Positions 36,893 to 46,724 of a stretch of DNA of 64,000 bases are shown here, in pieces. Where the stretch lies: assembly GCA_963712745.1 (NCBI GenBank), contig CAVQJC010000011.1, forward strand, positions 1 to 64,000, given 5' to 3'. The notes under the pieces were generated by a model, which was given only the letters and a program-made list of their open reading frames with translations, ran no database searches and was not told the DNA's origin. Numbering within the stretch: position 1 is the stretch's first letter; the number at the start of each line of letters is the position of its first letter. This stretch comes from an uncultured Chloroflexia bacterium. GTDB lineage: Bacteria; Chloroflexota; Limnocylindria; Limnocylindrales; CSP1-4. The position numbers were made by a program, and so were the translations under genes.

Positions 36893-38080
36893 GTGCCCGA
36901 GCAAGCTTCCATCCCCGCCTTCCCCAGCGACGAGGCCGAGCTGGCCGCCGCGGCCGAGCTGGCCGCTGCGGCCGTGGCTGCGCGGCCACGCAAGCGCGCA
37001 GCGCGGACACGCAAGGGCGCGGCACCGCCGGTGCTGGTGGAGGTGCACCGTGGCGGGACCGTGGAGAGCCGCCACCGGGGCCACATCGTGCAGGTCGGCG
37101 CCACCGGCAAGACCCTGCGTGCGGTTGGGGCACCGTCCACAGAGGTCATGCTGCGCTCGACCGTGAAGCCGTTCGCGGTCGTCGCGCTCATCGAGTCGGG
37201 CGCCGCGGACGACTTCGCCCTGACGCCATCGGAGCTGGCCATCATGTGTGCCTCCCACACCGGCGAGGACAAGCACGTCCGTACCCTGCAGGCCATCTTC
37301 CGCCGGGCGAGCGTGACCCAGTCGCTGCTGCGCTGCGGGACGGAGGGCGCGCCGGCCGATCCTCTCACCGCGGCTCGCCTCGCTCGTGACGGTGAGACGC
37401 CGGGTCCCCTCCGTCACGGTTGCTCCGGCTTCCACGCCGCCTCCATCCTGATGAGTGCCCACGCCGGCTGGTCGGTGGAGGACTACTCAGAACCCAAGCA
37501 CCCCAGCCAGGTGGCCGTGTTCGAGTCTGTCGCCCGCCTCTTCGGGCGCAAGCCCGAGACGCTCAAGACCGCCGTCGACAACTGCGGCTTGCTGACCTAC
37601 GAGGTCACGCTGCTCGAGCTGGCCCGCGCCTACCTCATGTTGGCCGACCCTGAAGGCCCGTCCGTCGATGGCGCGCGCGCCGAGTCCGCACCGGCGCTCA
37701 AGCGCGTTCGCGACGCGATGATGGGCGCGCCCGAGATGGTCGGCGGCACGTACCAGAACCTCGACACCGAGCTCATGCGGCGCCGGCCCGGGAAGCTGGT
37801 GGTCAAGGCAGGCGCCGACGGCATGCGCGCCATGGGCATCCTCGCCGACGACGGGGTGGGTGCCAGCGGCATGGCCATCAAGATCGAGGACGGCGACATG
37901 TCCCGCCGGGCCGTCACGGCCACGAGCGTCGAGGCGCTGGCCCAGGTCGGCCTCCTCGATGAGCGCGACCTGCGCACCATGACCGAATACCACCATCCCA
38001 CGGTCACGGCACCGGGCGGCGAAGAGGCCTCCACCGCGGTGCCGCGATTCGGGCTGACCGACGGGGGCCGGGCGGGCTGA
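36893..38080 (+). CDS. Class 3 (R. etli-type, asparaginase_II) L-asparaginase homologue
   Basis: RGGTVESRH, RSTVKP, CASH, CSGFH, DNCG, KAGADG; TACCAT 6 nt before GTG. Confidence 0.85.
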   Translation: MPEQASIPAFPSDEAELAAAAELAAAAVAARPRKRAARTRKGAAPPVLVEVHRGGTVESRHRGHIVQVGATGKTLRAVGAPSTEVMLRSTVKPFAVVALIESGAADDFALTPSELAIMCASHTGEDKHVRTLQAIFRRASVTQSLLRCGTEGAPADPLTAARLARDGETPGPLRHGCSGFHAASILMSAHAGWSVEDYSEPKHPSQVAVFESVARLFGRKPETLKTAVDNCGLLTYEVTLLELARAYLMLADPEGPSVDGARAESAPALKRVRDAMMGAPEMVGGTYQNLDTELMRRRPGKLVVKAGADGMRAMGILADDGVGASGMAIKIEDGDMSRRAVTATSVEALAQVGLLDERDLRTMTEYHHPTVTAPGGEEASTAVPRFGLTDGGRAG

Positions 38081-38104
38081 CCCCGCCTCCCCCCGCCAAC
38101 CCGC

Positions 38105-38749
38105 ATGGCCAGCGTGAAGCCGACCGCCGACCCCTACCGTGTCCTGGGCGTCACACGTGGCGCCGGCCCCGAGCAGATCAAGGCGGCCCACCGCCGGCTG
38201 GCGAAGGCCTACCACCCCGATGGCTCGACGGGTGACGCTCGCCGCTTCCTGGCGGTGCAGGAGGCCTACCAGCTGCTTTCCGACGTACGCCGCCGCCGCG
38301 AGTGGGACCAGTCCCACGCGCCGGGCCCTGTCCGTGCGGCGACCGTGCGCCGGCGTCAGACCGGCGCCGGCGACGAACCGGGGCGACCACGTCGCACGAC
38401 ACGCGTGCGCCGGCCGCGGCCGGCACCTGGCGGGCGGACCCACACCTGGACGGCCGAACGAGTGCCCTGGTGGGAGGACTTCCGGCCCCGCGACGAGCGT
38501 CCTGCCGAGCCGCCGCCGGGCCCTGTCGCGGATGAGCCCCGAGCAGCTGAGGATGCGCCCAGCGAGTTCGATGTCTTCAACCGCTCCAGCGGTGCTGCCT
38601 GGTCGTCAGCCGCGAGGCGACACTTCCGCCGCGGCACCGACGAGCTGCCTTCGCGTGGAGTCTGGCGCTACCGTGGCACGCAGGTGGTGACCGGCGCCGA
38701 AGCGCGCAAGGTGGCCGCCGAAGAGGAAGAGGAGAGCTCCCGACGATGA
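38105..38749 (+). CDS. J-domain protein
   Basis: DPYRVLGV..RRLAKAYHPD..QEAYQLLSD. Confidence 0.88.
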   Translation: MASVKPTADPYRVLGVTRGAGPEQIKAAHRRLAKAYHPDGSTGDARRFLAVQEAYQLLSDVRRRREWDQSHAPGPVRAATVRRRQTGAGDEPGRPRRTTRVRRPRPAPGGRTHTWTAERVPWWEDFRPRDERPAEPPPGPVADEPRAAEDAPSEFDVFNRSSGAAWSSAARRHFRRGTDELPSRGVWRYRGTQVVTGAEARKVAAEEEEESSRR

Positions 38750-40248
38750 CGACGCGCTGCCGCATCGCGCCCAGCCCCACCGGACCGCTGCACATCGGCA
38801 CGGCCCGCACGGCGCTGTTCAACTACCTGTTCGCGCGGCAGACCGGCGGAACCTTCGTGCTCCGCCTCGAAGACACCGACAAGGTCCGCTCCACGAGCGA
38901 GTTCGAACGGGACATCCTCGAGGGTCTTCACTGGCTGGGCCTGGACTGGGACGAGGGCCCAGGGCTGGCCGGTGACCCTGCCCGGGGCGATCTCGGTCCC
39001 TACCGCCAGTCCGAGCGAGGCGAGTTCTACCGCGAAGCCATCGACAGGCTCCTGGCCGAAGACAAGGCTTACCCCTGCTTCTGTACCGCCGAGGAGCGAG
39101 CCGCCGACAAGGAGGCTGATCCCGGGCTCACCGGCTACGTCGGCCGCTGCGCGCATCTGAGCGAGGCCGAGCGTGAGGCGAAGCGGGCAGAGGGCCCCGA
39201 AGCGGTCATCCGCTTCCGCATCGGGCAGGGCAGCGTCGAGTTCGACGACCTCGTCCGCGGCCACGTCAGCATCGACACCGCTCAGCTTGGGGGAGACCTC
39301 GTCATCGCCCGCTCGGACGGCTCGCCGCTGTACCACTTCGTGGTCGTGGTCGATGACATCGCCATGGGCATCAGCCACGTCATCCGGGGCGAGGACCACC
39401 TCTCCAACACACCCAAGCACGTCCTGCTGTTCCGCGCCTTGGGGGTCGAGCCACCGGTCTTCGCCCATCTGCCGCTCATCCTCAATCCCGACCGCTCCAA
39501 GATGAGCAAGCGCAAGAGCCAGACTGCGGTCGACACCTATCGTGAGCAAGGCTACATAGCTGAGGCCATCGTCAATCACCTGGCCCTTCTTGGCTGGAGC
39601 AGCGGCGACGACGAGGACCTCTTCAGCCTGGCTGAGCTGGAGGCGCGCTTCGACCTCTCGCGCGTGCAGCCCTCCGGCGCCATCTTCGACATCGAGCGCC
39701 TGGACTGGCTCGACGGCCAGTGGATCCGCCGCCTGCCGCAGGATGAGCTCACCGCGCGAGCGCTGCCGTTCCTGCGCGCGTCGGTCGACGCCGCGGCAGC
39801 CGCCGGCCACCGCGTCCGCATCCCGAGCGCCGAGGCACTGGCCCCGCTGCTGCCGATGGTTGTCGAGCGCTTGCCGCGCCTGGACGCCATCGGCCCCATG
39901 CTCGATTTCGTCTTCATCGAGGACATCGCGGTCGATCCTGCCGACCTGCTGCCCAAGCGCTGGGACGCCGCCACCACCGCGATCGGTCTGACCCAGGCGC
40001 TGCGCGTGGTCGAGGAGCTGGGTCCGGCCGGCTTCGAGGCCGGAGCGCTGGAGCCGCCATTGCGCGCGTTGTGCGAACAGCAGGGCTGGAAGGTCGGCGA
40101 CCTCTTCATGGCCATCCGCGTGGCCATCACCGGCCGTCGTGCCACGCCGCCGCTGTTCGACGTCATGCTCGCCATCGGCTACGACACCACCGTCAGCCGC
40201 CTCCAAGCCGCCCGGGAGCTGGCGGCCGCCATCCCTGCCGAGGAGTGA
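38746..40248 (+). CDS. gltX: Glutamate--tRNA ligase
   Basis: APSPTG, HIGT, RLEDTD, IRGEDH, KMSKR; anticodon-binding domain present. Confidence 0.95.
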   Translation: MTTRCRIAPSPTGPLHIGTARTALFNYLFARQTGGTFVLRLEDTDKVRSTSEFERDILEGLHWLGLDWDEGPGLAGDPARGDLGPYRQSERGEFYREAIDRLLAEDKAYPCFCTAEERAADKEADPGLTGYVGRCAHLSEAEREAKRAEGPEAVIRFRIGQGSVEFDDLVRGHVSIDTAQLGGDLVIARSDGSPLYHFVVVVDDIAMGISHVIRGEDHLSNTPKHVLLFRALGVEPPVFAHLPLILNPDRSKMSKRKSQTAVDTYREQGYIAEAIVNHLALLGWSSGDDEDLFSLAELEARFDLSRVQPSGAIFDIERLDWLDGQWIRRLPQDELTARALPFLRASVDAAAAAGHRVRIPSAEALAPLLPMVVERLPRLDAIGPMLDFVFIEDIAVDPADLLPKRWDAATTAIGLTQALRVVEELGPAGFEAGALEPPLRALCEQQGWKVGDLFMAIRVAITGRRATPPLFDVMLAIGYDTTVSRLQAARELAAAIPAEE

Positions 40249-40251
40249 AGG

Positions 40252-40644
40252 ATGCATCTCTCACGTGACCAGTTCGCGGCCTGGCTGGGCCGCTATGTCG
40301 CCGCCTGGCGCGGCCGCGATCCCGAGGCCGTGGGCGACCTGTTCGGGGCCGACTGTTCCTACAGCTACAACGGTGGGCACACCTCGGTGGTGGGGCGCGA
40401 GGCCATCGTCAAGGCCTGGCTGGACGAGGTGGAGGAGGGTTCGTGGGATGCGGCCTACGAACCGCTGGCCATCGAAGGCGACGTCCACGTCTCGGTCGGC
40501 TGGACGCGATACGCCGACGGCGAGGGCGCGCTTCGCGACGAGTACAGCAACATCTTCGTCTGCCGTTTCGACGAGGATGGTCGCTGTACCCAGTTCAGCG
40601 AGTGGTGGATGAAGGCGCCGAGCCCGGTCAGTCGGCTCGATTGA
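40252..40644 (+). CDS. SnoaL/NTF2-family protein
   Basis: WLGRYVAAW..LF..GREAI..YSNIFVCRFDEDGRC..FSEWW. Confidence 0.85.
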   Translation: MHLSRDQFAAWLGRYVAAWRGRDPEAVGDLFGADCSYSYNGGHTSVVGREAIVKAWLDEVEEGSWDAAYEPLAIEGDVHVSVGWTRYADGEGALRDEYSNIFVCRFDEDGRCTQFSEWWMKAPSPVSRLD

Positions 40645-40646
40645 CG

Positions 40647-41360
40647 ATGGCCCGCACGATCCTCGTCGTCGATGACGAGACCACGTTGCGGGAGTCACTG
40701 GCGGAGGCGCTCCAGCAGGATGGCCTGCGTGTGGTCACGGCCCAGGACGGCGGCGAGGCCCTGGAGGTCTTCCGCGCGGAGTCGCCCGACCTCATCCTGC
40801 TCGACCTGATGCTGCCGACGCTTACGGGCACCGAGGTCTGCCGCATCGTCCGCCGCGAGTCGGCGGTGCCCATCATCATGCTCACGGCCAAGGACGGTGA
40901 GATCGACAAGGTCGTGGGCCTTGAGCTGGGCGCGGACGACTACGTGACCAAGCCCTTCAGCCTGCGCGAGCTGATGGCCCGCATCCGCGCGCAGCTGCGC
41001 CGCCTCGATGCAGCCGCGCCCGCCGTCGAGGATGCCGCCACCGGCGGTCCCGCGCCGGTGCAGATGGGCGCCATCACCATCGACCTGGCCGGGCACCGCC
41101 TGCTTCGCGATGGGACGGAGCTGGCGGTGAAGCCCAAGGCCTTCGAGCTGTTGTCCTTCCTGGCCCGTCACCCGGGCCAGGTCTTCAGCCGCGACCAGCT
41201 ACTGGAGAGGGTCTGGGGCTACGACTACGCGGGCGAGACGCGCACCGTAGACGTGCACGTGCACTGGCTGCGCTCGGCCATCGAAGCCGATCCGGGCCAC
41301 CCCGCGTTCCTGCAAACGGTCCGTGGGGTGGGCTACGTGCTGCGCCTGCCCCAGGTTTGA
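40647..41360 (+). CDS. OmpR-family response regulator (PhoP/RegX3-like)
   Basis: VVDDE, LDLMLP, GADDYVTKPF, RTVDVHV, TVRGVGY. Confidence 0.92.
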   Translation: MARTILVVDDETTLRESLAEALQQDGLRVVTAQDGGEALEVFRAESPDLILLDLMLPTLTGTEVCRIVRRESAVPIIMLTAKDGEIDKVVGLELGADDYVTKPFSLRELMARIRAQLRRLDAAAPAVEDAATGGPAPVQMGAITIDLAGHRLLRDGTELAVKPKAFELLSFLARHPGQVFSRDQLLERVWGYDYAGETRTVDVHVHWLRSAIEADPGHPAFLQTVRGVGYVLRLPQV

Positions 41361-41393
41361 CCCGGAGCGTGGCGCATCTGTATGCTCACATGT

Positions 41394-41636
41394 ATGCGCA
41401 CCACGCTGGTCCTCGACGACGACCTTCTGCGCCAAGCCAAGATCCGCGCGGCTCAGCAGAACGTGACGGTCAGCGAGATCGTCAATCGCGCGCTGCGGGA
41501 GAAGCTCGACCAGGAGGAACCGGAAGCGCCCCCGTTCATGATGGTGACGTACGGACGTGGCCGGCCGCCCGTCGACCACGAGCCGGCCGACTTTGCGGCG
41601 CGCCTGGAAGAGGAGGACCGGGGTCAAGTCGACTGA
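41394..41636 (+). CDS. vapB: VapB-type antitoxin
   Basis: MRTTLVLDDDLL RHH-type N-terminus; upstream of PIN toxin; TTGACC-18 nt-TATGCT promoter. Confidence 0.85.
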   Translation: MRTTLVLDDDLLRQAKIRAAQQNVTVSEIVNRALREKLDQEEPEAPPFMMVTYGRGRPPVDHEPADFAARLEEEDRGQVD

Positions 41637-41639
41637 ACG

Positions 41640-42074
41640 ATGCTGATGCCCGATGTCAACATCCTCGTCTATGCCCATCGCGAGGACGAGGCCCGGCACG
41701 CCCCGTACGCGACCTGGTTGCGCGAGGTCGTCGATGGACCCGAGCCTTTCAGCCTCAGCTCCCTCGTGGCCATCGGCTTCGTTCGCATGGTGACGAATCC
41801 GCGGGTCTTCGCGGACCCGACACCGTTGCCGGTGGCCCTGGCAGCCGTCGAGCAGCTGACCAGGCATCCTCGCTGCCGCGTCGCCTCGCCAGGCTCCTTG
41901 CACCTCGACGGCGTCATCCGGCTCTGTCGCGCGTCAGCAGCAAGCGGCAAGCTGGTGGCAGACGCCCAGCACGCTGCCCTCGCCATCGCCGAGGGCTGCA
42001 CCTGGGTCACACGGGATGGCGACTTCGGACGATTCGAGGCGCATGGCCTGCGATGGCAGCACCTCGTGCTCTAG
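41640..42074 (+). CDS. vapC: VapC PIN-domain toxin
   Basis: PDVNILVYA, DAQHAALA, TRDGDF. Confidence 0.92.
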   Translation: MLMPDVNILVYAHREDEARHAPYATWLREVVDGPEPFSLSSLVAIGFVRMVTNPRVFADPTPLPVALAAVEQLTRHPRCRVASPGSLHLDGVIRLCRASAASGKLVADAQHAALAIAEGCTWVTRDGDFGRFEAHGLRWQHLVL

Positions 42075-42192
42075 TGGACGCTTCCGCAGCCGGCGACGTC
42101 TGCGCCCTCGTCCCCGGCACGGTGCTGGCCGATGACCGCCGCAGGGTGTTAGCCCATGGTCCCGATGAGGCGAGCACGAGGGACGGTCAGCC

Positions 42193-43710
42193 ATGACGGC
42201 CCGTGTGGTACGGGAGCGGATCGATCCTCGGCTGACGGCGGCCCTCTTCTCCAACTACCGCACGCCGGTGGACGCCCTGCTCGAGCTCATCGACAACGCC
42301 GTCGACTCGCGCATCGCCGGGCGGCCGCTCGAGATCGACCTGGCCCTCCGTCCGGGCACCGTCAGCCTGACCGTCGTCGGTGGGGGCGGCATGGGCCCGC
42401 GCGAGCTGGAACGCGAATACCTCCGCTGGGGTGGCTCGCGCAAGCGCGCCGGCGAACGCATCGGCCGCTTTGGGCAGGGCGGCAAGGCCGCCATCGGCCA
42501 CCTCGGCGGCCGTTTCCATGTCACTGCCTCGCGCGCCGGCGACAAGGTCGCCTACGGTTTCGTCGACGAGGACTACCGCGATCGCAGCAAGCTCAGGACG
42601 TACGAGCTGGACGAGACGCGCAAGCCCGTCGCTCGCGAGCTGGGCTACGTGCGCATCGAGATCGGCGCGGTCGACCGCAAGCTGGAAGCCCGGCGCGTGC
42701 GCTCTCGCCTCGGCGACGTCTACCGACCGCTCCTCGCCGCGGGCGACGTGGTGATGCGCATCGACCGGGCACAGCTGAAGCCGGCCGACTGGCCCGTCGA
42801 TGACCGGCGTGAGTTCACCGTCCGGGCGGGCGGTCGACTGGTCAAAGGCTGGCATGGCCTGCTGGCCGATCCACCGCCCGCGGGCATCGAGGCAGGCATG
42901 CGCCTGTACCACCTGGGGCGACTGGTGGGCGCGCCGGAGTGGTTCGGCCATCCGGGTCCGGCCGTGCACCCGGGGTTGAACCGACTGATCGGCGAGGTGG
43001 AGCTGCCGCACGTGGCGGTCACGCTCAACAAGAGTGATGTCGAGCGCGGCAGCCCCGAGTGGGAGGCGGTGGAGGCTCGGATGCACAAGCTCCTGGCCCC
43101 GGTGGTGCGACGCCTCATGCGCGAGGAAGCCGTCAGTGCCAGTCCGCAGGCCCTGCGCACGGCCGAGCAGGTGCGCCGCATCCTGGCTCGAGCCTTGCGC
43201 ATGCTGGAGTCGGGCAAGCTGTTCGAGAGCGAGCTGGGTTCTGGCCCCGGAAGCGACGAACGCGGGCAGCTGACCCTGGAGAGCTACGCCGAGGGCCCGC
43301 CGGAGGACGAAGGGGAGGCGCCCGATCAGGCGCCCGACTCGACCGCCGAGCCGTCCGCTCCTCCGCTCCGTCGGGGCGGGCCCGGTCGCGGCAGCCGGAC
43401 TGGTGTGGGCGAGGTCGTCATCCGTTCGCTCGATCCCCGCTTGCGAAGCGCGATGGTCGTGGAGGACGGCGTACGCCGGGTCGTCATCAACTCCCGCTAC
43501 CCGCTCTACGAGGTGCGCAAGGGAGACCTCTGGTACCAGCTCGAGACGGCGCTGCGGGAGGTCTGCGTGACCATCCCCGAAGCCACTGTTCCCGAGTTCG
43601 AGCGCCGCGTCAACGAGCTGATGTTGGTGTCACTGGGCCTGGCTGAGCGACGGCGCCGTTCACCGCGCAAGAAGCGAAAGGATCAGCCCGACCTCTGGCC
43701 ACGTGAGTGA
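42193..43710 (+). CDS. MORC/HATPase_c_3-like GHKL ATPase
   Basis: LLELIDNAVD, GGGMG, IGRFGQGGKAA, S5-like RLIGEVEL, C-terminal VVINSRYPLY. Confidence 0.8.
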   Translation: MTARVVRERIDPRLTAALFSNYRTPVDALLELIDNAVDSRIAGRPLEIDLALRPGTVSLTVVGGGGMGPRELEREYLRWGGSRKRAGERIGRFGQGGKAAIGHLGGRFHVTASRAGDKVAYGFVDEDYRDRSKLRTYELDETRKPVARELGYVRIEIGAVDRKLEARRVRSRLGDVYRPLLAAGDVVMRIDRAQLKPADWPVDDRREFTVRAGGRLVKGWHGLLADPPPAGIEAGMRLYHLGRLVGAPEWFGHPGPAVHPGLNRLIGEVELPHVAVTLNKSDVERGSPEWEAVEARMHKLLAPVVRRLMREEAVSASPQALRTAEQVRRILARALRMLESGKLFESELGSGPGSDERGQLTLESYAEGPPEDEGEAPDQAPDSTAEPSAPPLRRGGPGRGSRTGVGEVVIRSLDPRLRSAMVVEDGVRRVVINSRYPLYEVRKGDLWYQLETALREVCVTIPEATVPEFERRVNELMLVSLGLAERRRRSPRKKRKDQPDLWPRE

Positions 43711-43736
43711 TCGGGCCAGGGTGGCCGATCGCAGCT

Positions 43737-43787
43737 GTGGACGGTGACGAACTCGTCGCCGTCATGGCTGATGACCTTGATGGCGAC
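43737..43787 (-). pseudogene. Possible 3' remnant of a Mod-type DNA methyltransferase
   Basis: VAIKVISHDGDEFVTVH resembles the IAVKVINHYGDEV C-terminal motif (recalled, not searched). Confidence 0.4.
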
Positions 43788-43877
43788 GTCGACGGATCAG
43801 GTTGCGTTCGTCGTCGGTCGAGCCGGCCGGCGCCTCACCGGTCGCCGTATCGGGTGCTGTCGACGCCGCGGATCGGC

Positions 43878-44498
43878 TCAGCTGCCCTTGTGGATGACGC
43901 GCTGCATGATCTCGCCGACGTCCTCGGCAGCGTCGATCGATTCCTCGAGCGACTGGTAGATGTCGCGCCACTTGATGACGACGAGCGGATCGTGTCCGTC
44001 GCGGAACAGCCGGCCCACAGCTGCACGCGACAGGCCGTCGGCCTCGTTCTCGAGCACGTGGACGCGCCGAAGGTGCTCGCCCAGGCCCTTCATCGACTCG
44101 AGCTTGCGCAGGGCCGCATCGAGCTCGACCGCCTGTTCCTCGAGGATGGCGGCTAGTCGCTGCGCCTCCTGCGTGGGAGCCTGCACGTCGTAGATCTGCA
44201 TCGCCTCCGCGGTCTCCTGGATGCGGTCGACGACATCGTCCATGCGACGGGTCAGCTCATGGATGTCCTCGCGGTCGATGGGCGTGATGAACGCATCCTC
44301 GAGACGTTCTTCGATGCTGTCACCGATCTCGTCTCCGGCGTGCTCGAGCGCCTGTATCCGAGCGATCCGAGCCTCGATGTCGTCGTATGAGTCCATGAGC
44401 CCGCGTAGCTCGCCCGCGGCCGCCAGCAGGTTCGCCCCATCATCGATGAGAAGGTCGAAGAACTTGACGTCGCGGGGCATCAGGCGCAGGGAGACCAT
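43878..44498 (-). CDS. DUF47 phosphate-transport regulator
   Basis: LEHAGD, FITPIDREDI, LENEAD, IKWRDIY; downstream of pit. Confidence 0.92.
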   Translation of the reverse strand: MVSLRLMPRDVKFFDLLIDDGANLLAAAGELRGLMDSYDDIEARIARIQALEHAGDEIGDSIEERLEDAFITPIDREDIHELTRRMDDVVDRIQETAEAMQIYDVQAPTQEAQRLAAILEEQAVELDAALRKLESMKGLGEHLRRVHVLENEADGLSRAAVGRLFRDGHDPLVVIKWRDIYQSLEESIDAAEDVGEIMQRVIHKGS

Positions 44499-44514
44499 CG
44501 TCGGGATCCTCCGT

Positions 44515-45519
44515 TCAGCTCGCGCCGAGGGCCGAGATGACCAGCCAGGCGGCGGCGCCCACCAGACCGGCAGCGGGGATGGTCACGATCCAGGCCGTGA
44601 CGATGGTGCGGGCGACCCCCCAGCGCACCCGACGCGTGCCCTTGCTGGTGCCCACGCCGGTGATGGCGCTGGAGATGACATGCGTGGTCGAGACCGGCAT
44701 GCCCATGGAGGCGGTGGACACGAGCACGGTCGCGGCCGTCGTCTCCGCTGCGAAACCATGGACCGGCTCGAGTTCGACCACGCGCTGCCCCATGGTCTTC
44801 ATGATGCGCCAGCCCCCGGCGGCTGTGCCCAGCGACATCGCGCTGGCGGCGATCACGATGACCCACACCGGTACGGTGTCGTCATCGATGACTCCGGCCG
44901 CAAGCAGGGCCAGGGTGATGATGCCCATCGTCTTTTGCGCGTCGTTGGAACCGTGCGCGAAGGCCATGAAGCCGGCCGAGAACACCTGGGCCTTGCGGAA
45001 CATGCGGGAGGCCGGCCTGCGTGGCGCCCGGAAGAAGAGACGGGCCAGCAGGACCATGAACAGCAGGCCCAGGATGAAGCCCACGAGCGGTGACGTGAAC
45101 ATCGGGATGATGACCTTGCTGATGATGCCGTCGACCTGCAGGGCACCAGCCCCGGCGGCAACGACCGTGGCGCCGAGCAGGCCACCGACGAGGGCGTGTG
45201 AGGACGAGCTGGGGATGCCGAACCACCACGTGAACAGGTTCCAGGCGATGGCCCCGAGTAGTGCTGCGATGACCACGGCCTCGGTCGTGGTCTCGACGTC
45301 GACGAGGCCGGCGCCGATGGTCTTGGCTACCGCTGTTCCGGCGAACGCCCCGGCGAAGTTCATGGCTGCGGCCATGAGCACTGCGGTCCGCGGCCGCAGG
45401 GCCTGCGTGGCCACCGAAGTGGCGATGGCGTTGGCGGAATCGTGGAAGCCGTTGATGTAGTCGAAGACGACGGCCAGCACGATGACCAGCAGCAGCGACA
45501 ACGTCAGGGCATCGAACAC
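44515..45519 (-). CDS. pit: Inorganic phosphate transporter
   Basis: NGFHDSAN, PSSSSH, HGSNDAQK, PVSTTH. Confidence 0.95.
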   Translation of the reverse strand: MFDALTLSLLLVIVLAVVFDYINGFHDSANAIATSVATQALRPRTAVLMAAAMNFAGAFAGTAVAKTIGAGLVDVETTTEAVVIAALLGAIAWNLFTWWFGIPSSSSHALVGGLLGATVVAAGAGALQVDGIISKVIIPMFTSPLVGFILGLLFMVLLARLFFRAPRRPASRMFRKAQVFSAGFMAFAHGSNDAQKTMGIITLALLAAGVIDDDTVPVWVIVIAASAMSLGTAAGGWRIMKTMGQRVVELEPVHGFAAETTAATVLVSTASMGMPVSTTHVISSAITGVGTSKGTRRVRWGVARTIVTAWIVTIPAAGLVGAAAWLVISALGAS

Positions 45520-45665
45520 GCGGGGGCCATCTCCTGGGCACGGTCGATCGTCGGTCTGGACCGGGATGTCCCAGGCGTGGGGCTCGTCTGGTCACCGCGA
45601 GGGTACGGCACGGCAGGTGGTCTCTGCAGGACCGGCTGGACGGGTCGGCGGCCTATCCTGTGGAC

Positions 45666-46701
45666 ATGTCACAGGGCGCGTACGAGAGCATCGAAGATGA
45701 GCTCGCAGCGATCGTGGAGCAAGCCGGCCTTGGCCTGATCGGTTTCGATTCGCAGTTGCGCGTCCGCCTGGCCAACGAGGTGGCGCACCAGGCGCTCGGG
45801 CGTCGGCCGGGATCGCTTTCGGGGCGGACGGCCATGGAGACCTTCGTCGACCACCGGCTGGAGGCCATGATCCGGGCCGCGGCAGAGGGCAGGGCGGGCA
45901 GCCACGAGATCGCGCCCTCGGACCGTGACAGTCTCATCGTGCGCGCGCATCCTGCCGCCACCGCTGGCGCCTGGGTCACCATCGAGAACGTCAGCGAGCT
46001 GCAGCGCCTGCGCCGGATCCGGAGCGAGTTCATCGACGATCTCAGCCACGAGCTGCGCACGCCGCTGGCCAATGTCCGGCTGCTCACGGAGATGCTCATG
46101 GACGACCTGGCCGAGGCAGACGTGCCCGACCGCGTCCGGGAGCGCGTGGCCACCATCGACGTGGAGTCCGGGCACCTGGTGCAGATGATCAACGAGCTGC
46201 TCGACCTGTCACGCATGGAGAACGCGGCCACGCCAGGTCCGCCGCGACGAGGTCGTGCTGGCACCGCTGGCTGAGGCCACGCTGCACCGACTCCAGACGT
46301 TCGCGGAGCGGCAGGGCGTCACGCTCCGGTCGCAGGTCCCGGCCGACCTGCCCGCGGTGCGGGGGGACGAGGAGCGCCTCGACCAGCTGCTCATGAACCT
46401 GCTGCACAACGCCATCAAGTTCAGCTCTGACGGGGGCCTCGTCACGGTCACCGCGGACGAGCATCCCGACGCCGCCGTGGTCTCCGTCCGTGACGAGGGC
46501 GTGGGCATCCCGGCCAAGGACCAGTCGCGCGTGTTCGAGCGCTTCTACAAGGTCGACCGGGCCCGGCAGCGGGGACTCGGTGGCACCGGCCTGGGCCTGG
46601 CCATCGCGCGCCATATCGCGGAGGCTCACGGCGGGCGCATCTGGCTCGAGTCGACGGAAGGGAAGGGCTCGACCTTCAGCTTCTCGCTTCCCTTCGCCTA
46701 G
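45666..46701 (+). CDS. Soluble PAS sensor histidine kinase, PhoR/SenX3-like (frameshift near 46240)
   Basis: SHELRTP; NLLHNAIKF, DEGVGI, FERFYKVD, GTGLGL. Confidence 0.85.
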
Positions 46702-46724
46702 GACCGCGCCTCTGCCACCCCGTT

